The notes beneath the pieces were generated by a model. That model did no database searches and was not told the DNA's origin. It was given only the letters and a program-made list of their open reading frames with translations. A stretch of DNA of 64,000 nt, from contig NC_091991.1 in NCBI RefSeq assembly GCF_044704955.1, positions 140,616,001 through 140,680,000 of the forward strand, given 5' to 3'. The translations under genes were made by a program, and so were the position numbers. Below, in pieces: positions 62,401 to 64,000 of this stretch; within the stretch, counting starts at the first letter, position 1; the number at the start of each line of letters is the position of its first letter. The DNA is from Pristiophorus japonicus. Lineage: Eukaryota.

Positions 62401-63674
62401 ACAGCATTATGTTCCAGAACAACTTGCATTACTGAGCATGGTCCCAGTTTTAGCAAATTTATATTTCTCTTTGAAGCCACATTGCAATTGCTTGAATGCC
62501 TCCCACTAACCCTATTTTAGGCAGTTAATGTTGCAGCTCATCAAAAACTGCTCACTCTGCAGCTCTTCATATTTTTCCATCAACTCCCAGGACCAGCTGT
62601 TCCTCTCCTTACTGCTGGCATTAATCTTCATTTCAAGACCATAGTGGTTTTCTGGTCAGAGATCTGGTTTTAATACTTTACTAAAAACACAGCAGCAAAA
62701 ATTTACTGAAAACAAGGAATAAAAATTAAAGTTTACAGCCTGGTTTACACAAATGAAAGACAACTTACAGAAATGCATTGTCCAGCCAAAAAAGGACTGG
62801 TGTCAACACTAGATTGCAGACCGAAAGGTCTAACTTTTGTGTAAAAATACATTCAAAACATGGAAGCACATCCAAATCTCAAACGTTAATTGTTCCTTAA
62901 ACTAAACAAATTTTACAAAACTGATAAATTTTGATGGACTGTTTAAACTAGTTACTAAGTGCCTTCTGTTGCCTTGACCCAAAGCTATGGAATTCCCTAC
63001 CTCTACTCCTACTCCTTTAAAACCTACTTCTTTTCTGCCCTAATTTCTCCTTAGACAGCTAGATGCAAATTTTGTTTTATAATACTCATGTGAAGCTCCT
63101 TACTATGTTAAAGGCACTCTATAAATACAAGCTGTCGTTGTAATGGATAGCAATCACAGCGAGCAGTCAAGCTCCACTAACAGTTCCTGTAAAATAACAC
63201 GCGAGGTTTGGTGTTCGATAAAATGCACACAAAATGAAGTAGTCCCACGATTTGTACAATAAACATTATGATTTCCTCATTCTCAGAAAGTAAAGAAGGG
63301 GTCAGTCATGGGATCTTTTGTATTAGTCTCAGCCAAACCACCATACTGCCCTTCCCCCCTCCATTTTATTTGAGTGGCCTTCTTCCATAAACCCGCTGTT
63401 TCCTGACGTTAGGCAACAGGTTACAGTTTTTAATACATTTCAACACGCTTATACGCTGCTTATTTTGTGTGACTGACTCACCTTTCCGGGCCAGGGCGGA
63501 TACCCCCCCAGCTTCCCCCTGGAAAAAAACACAAAAAGAAAACCAGATTTAAAAGATACTCAGTGACATTGCTTAAAAAAACACTGAACAGTGATCGCAT
63601 AAAACCAGTGCACCGAAAAGCTGTGTCGTCTCTTACCAGACCAGATCTCCCACCCGTAAACTCACTGTCGCCAT
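8306..63674 (-). CDS. GLYR1: GLYR1 / NPAC (cytokine-like nuclear factor N-PAC), 16 coding exons, 1515 nt, 504 aa
   Basis: All 16 exons traced with GT-AG boundaries and consistent phases; PWWP, AT-hook, [11 protein letters not shown] linker, Rossmann GLGLMG and beta-HAD domain closely match vertebrate GLYR1. Confidence 0.97.
10415..11962 (+). mobile_element. CR1 LINE, 5'-truncated ORF2 RT region with 3' tail
   Basis: [19 protein letters not shown] and [13 protein letters not shown] motifs; (TTCTTATG) tail at ~11948-11962; multiple stops. Confidence 0.92.
12093..12217 (-). CDS. GLYR1: GLYR1 exon 15 ([41 protein letters not shown])
   Basis: 125 nt, AG/GT boundaries, phase consistent. Confidence 0.95.
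13453..13632 (-). CDS. GLYR1: GLYR1 exon 14 ([14 protein letters not shown]...LDQKCQ)
   Basis: 180 nt, AG/GT boundaries. Confidence 0.95.
14389..14551 (-). CDS. GLYR1: GLYR1 exon 13 ([16 protein letters not shown]...KKSFYL)
   Basis: 163 nt, AG/GT boundaries. Confidence 0.95.
15035..15300 (-). mobile_element. tRNA-derived SINE (degenerate)
   Basis: A-box-like TGGCTCAATTGG and B-box-like GGTTTGATCC at the 5' end on the minus strand. Confidence 0.55.
16005..16106 (-). CDS. GLYR1: GLYR1 exon 12 ([34 protein letters not shown])
   Basis: 102 nt, AG/GT boundaries. Confidence 0.95.
16306..16416 (-). CDS. GLYR1: GLYR1 exon 11 ([37 protein letters not shown])
   Basis: 111 nt, AG/GT boundaries. Confidence 0.95.
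16535..17470 (-). mobile_element. CR1-group LINE (same family as 19475-21160), internally deleted
   Basis: [27 protein letters not shown] and [12 protein letters not shown] peptides; about 600 bp missing relative to the other copy. Confidence 0.85.
17510..17860 (-). mobile_element. tRNA-derived Deu-domain SINE (SacSINE1/AmnSINE-like)
   Basis: Minus strand carries A-box TGGCTCAATGG and, near its 3' end, ACAACAGTGACTACACTTCAAAAGTATTCCATTGGCTGTAAAGCGCTTT, which I recall as the DeuSINE core/tail. Confidence 0.7.
17928..18027 (-). CDS. GLYR1: GLYR1 exon 10 ([33 protein letters not shown]), Rossmann GxGxxG
   Basis: 100 nt, AG/GT boundaries. Confidence 0.96.
18948..19460 (-). mobile_element. Old CR1 LINE 3' fragment
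   Basis: GGAACAGGAGTAGGCCATTCAG tail motif shared with other CR1 copies. Confidence 0.7.
19475..21160 (+). mobile_element. CR1-group (CR1/Crack-like) LINE, RT region to 3' end, frameshifted
   Basis: [25 protein letters not shown] and [13 protein letters not shown] motifs across ORFs 19756-20904. Confidence 0.9.
21238..22100 (-). mobile_element. Degenerate CR1 fragments
   Basis: CR1 tail (AACATAGAA) at ~21240 and [16 protein letters not shown] peptide. Confidence 0.65.
22336..24010 (-). mobile_element. CR1 LINE ORF2 fragment with 3' tail
   Basis: [23 protein letters not shown] and [12 protein letters not shown] motifs. Confidence 0.88.
24795..25580 (-). mobile_element. Vingi/Ingi-like (I-group) LINE 3' fragment
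   Basis: Minus translation [54 protein letters not shown]; [10 protein letters not shown]; C-terminal [14 protein letters not shown] zinc-knuckle-like motif. Confidence 0.7.
26235..29485 (-). mobile_element. Young CR1 LINE: end of ORF1 (esterase) plus entire ORF2 (APE endonuclease + RT) with frameshifts and 3' tail
   Basis: ORFs 27762-29270 (YLNARS, ITETW, YRPP, GDFN, SDH), 27445-27777, 26913-27119 and 26340-26885; (TTCTTATG)-type tail at 26235-26260. Confidence 0.95.
29696..29769 (-). CDS. GLYR1: GLYR1 exon 9 ([25 protein letters not shown])
   Basis: 74 nt, AG/GT boundaries. Confidence 0.94.
30735..30816. repeat. (GA)n microsatellite
   Basis: Perfect GA run of ~82 bp. Confidence 0.98.
31330..32590 (+). 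mobile_element. Old, highly degenerate CR1 LINE
   Basis: Remnant [19 protein letters not shown] and LYKTLVRAH motifs. Confidence 0.75.
32674..32724 (-). CDS. GLYR1: GLYR1 exon 8 ([17 protein letters not shown])
   Basis: 51 nt, AG/GT boundaries; aligns to human PAVCYQAITKKLKICEE. Confidence 0.85.
33531..33626 (+). repeat. Perfect 20-bp inverted repeat fused to a ~50-bp CR1 3' tail
   Basis: CTTAAATTAATGATCACAAC-ttaaat-GTTGTGATCATTAATTTAAG, then GGCCGAATGGCCTCCTTCCGTGCTGTAACCATTCTATG. Confidence 0.85.
34649..34931 (+). mobile_element. Solo LTR (283 bp) with 5-bp TSD GTAGT
   Basis: Begins TGTAATGTA and ends TACATTACA; flanked by GTAGT at 34644-34648 and 34932-34936; CATAAAA near 34749 and AATAAA at 34854. 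Confidence 0.9.
35876..35929 (-). CDS. GLYR1: GLYR1 exon 7 ([18 protein letters not shown]), LSD2/KDM1B-binding linker
   Basis: 54 nt, AG/GT boundaries. Confidence 0.95.
36385..36620 (+). mobile_element. L2-type LINE/SINE 3' end
   Basis: GGCTGTGCCTTCAGCTGCCAAGGCCCTAAGCTCTG...GTGAAGTGCCTTGGGATGTTTTACTATGTTAAAG...ATAAATACAAGTTGTTGTT tail. Confidence 0.7.
39221..39289 (-). CDS. GLYR1: GLYR1 exon 6 ([23 protein letters not shown])
   Basis: 69 nt, AG/GT boundaries; aligns to human [24 protein letters not shown]. Confidence 0.9.
39688..39819 (-). CDS. GLYR1: GLYR1 exon 5 ([13 protein letters not shown]...[11 protein letters not shown]), AT-hook
   Basis: 132 nt, AG/GT boundaries; RKRGRPPK motif. 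Confidence 0.9.
41385..41413. repeat. (CA)n microsatellite
   Basis: Direct observation. Confidence 0.95.
43466..44250 (+). mobile_element. CR1 LINE 3' fragment with (TTCTATGA) tail
   Basis: [15 protein letters not shown] motif; tail at 44236-44250. Confidence 0.88.
44298..48190 (+). mobile_element. CR1 LINE: partial ORF1 (SGNH esterase) plus near-complete ORF2 and (TTTCTATG) tail
   Basis: [19 protein letters not shown] and DGLH in ORF1; EN and RT ORFs 44983-46251, 46267-47307 (KFADD) and 47304-47912. Confidence 0.95.
48690..49692 (+). mobile_element. CR1 LINE 3' fragment
   Basis: [10 protein letters not shown] start, [20 protein letters not shown] tail. Confidence 0.88.
50405..50528 (-). 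CDS. GLYR1: GLYR1 exon 4 ([41 protein letters not shown]), PWWP C-terminal helices
   Basis: 124 nt, AG/GT boundaries. Confidence 0.95.
52452..54062 (-). mobile_element. Second CR1 copy (same family, 5'-truncated) inserted antisense into the host CR1
   Basis: Tail AACATAAG repeats at ~52450-52478; RT ORFs 53017-53640 and 52499-52936; the host sequence GAGAAAC|CCAAGG is split by it. Confidence 0.92.
56352..58860 (-). mobile_element. Tx1-clade (L1 group) non-LTR retrotransposon, 5'-truncated: RT domain, zf-RVT C-terminus and A-rich 3'UTR
   Basis: [46 protein letters not shown] and [15 protein letters not shown]; strongly GC-rich relative to the flanks. Confidence 0.92.
59300..60080 (-). mobile_element. 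Old L2-clade LINE RT fragment
   Basis: [14 protein letters not shown] (cf. L2 LLDLSAAFDTV) and [14 protein letters not shown] (cf. L2 DIKSWMSxNFLQLN). Confidence 0.65.
60085..60740 (+). mobile_element. CR1 3' fragments (two tandem pieces) with (TTCTATGA) tail
   Basis: [19 protein letters not shown]; tail at 60721-60738. Confidence 0.85.
61040..61119 (-). CDS. GLYR1: GLYR1 exon 3 ([27 protein letters not shown])
   Basis: 80 nt, AG/GT boundaries. Confidence 0.96.
62955..63142 (+). mobile_element. L2-type/SINE 3' tail fragment
   Basis: Similar to 36400-36620 (TACTATGTTAAAGG..ATAAATACAAG). Confidence 0.6.
63482..63518 (-). CDS. GLYR1: GLYR1 exon 2 ([12 protein letters not shown]), PWWP motif
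   Basis: 37 nt, AG/GT boundaries. Confidence 0.95.
63637..63674 (-). CDS. GLYR1: GLYR1 exon 1 coding part ([13 protein letters not shown])
   Basis: AAGATGG start context, 38 nt, GTAAG donor. Confidence 0.95.
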
Positions 63675-64000
63675 CTTACTCGCACTGCGACTCGTCCATC
63701 GCCCGCCCCAAGCCCACAACCACAACCCACACCCTCCCTCCCACGTGACCCTGGCACAGGTTAAAGGTCAACGTCCTGAATTCCTTCAGATGTATTTTAT
63801 AAACGATTTCCAAATGCCTATTACAAGCTGCCTCGCCCTTAGCTCAACAGCTATCGCAAGAAGAGAAATTCTTGAAGTCCAAAAAATGATGTGAGGCGTT
63901 GTGCGTGCGCGTGCGCACGGCGGCGCGCAGGTCGGGAAGATGGCGGCGGCCGAAGTTTGTGGGGTTTGTTTTTGTTGCTGTTGAAGAGGATTGTGATTGT
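63675..64000. promoter_or_regulatory. Bidirectional CpG promoter between GLYR1 and the next (+) gene, probably UBN1
   Basis: E-box CACGTG at 63742, NRF1-like TGCGCGTGCGCA at 63906-63917, YY1 motif AAGATGGCGGC at 63937-63947; GLYR1/UBN1 are head-to-head in human. No UBN1 coding sequence is seen. Confidence 0.65.

Noticed and set aside
63940-63984. ATG GCG GCG GCC as the UBN1 start codon
   Set aside because: Stops after 14 codons and does not resemble the UBN1 N-terminus; treated as a YY1 motif/uORF instead

Overview
Vertebrate genomic DNA, very probably from a cartilaginous fish (shark), judging by repeat families recognised from memory; the species is not determined. The window holds the complete 16-exon GLYR1 (NPAC/N-PAC) gene on the minus strand (CDS 63674->8306, 1515 nt, 504 aa: PWWP, AT-hook, LSD2-binding linker, catalytically dead beta-hydroxyacid-dehydrogenase domain). 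The first coding exon of ROGDI lies at the left end, followed by a G-rich intronic minisatellite. A bidirectional CpG promoter lies at the right end, where synteny predicts UBN1. GLYR1 introns are inflated by retroelements: many CR1 LINEs, RTE, L2, Vingi/Ingi-like and Tx1-clade LINEs, tRNA/Deu SINEs, a solo LTR with target-site duplication (TSD), and nested palindromic/MITE elements. The most unusual observations are: a GC-rich Tx1 element inserted into a CR1 ORF2; CR1 copies sharing a near-identical ORF1 but carrying different ORF2 lineages; young inverted CR1 copies bracketing a 504-nt, frame-closed exon 4-9 block (circRNA candidate); and several readable insertion or rearrangement scars. 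No prokaryote-type system (CRISPR, operons) is present.
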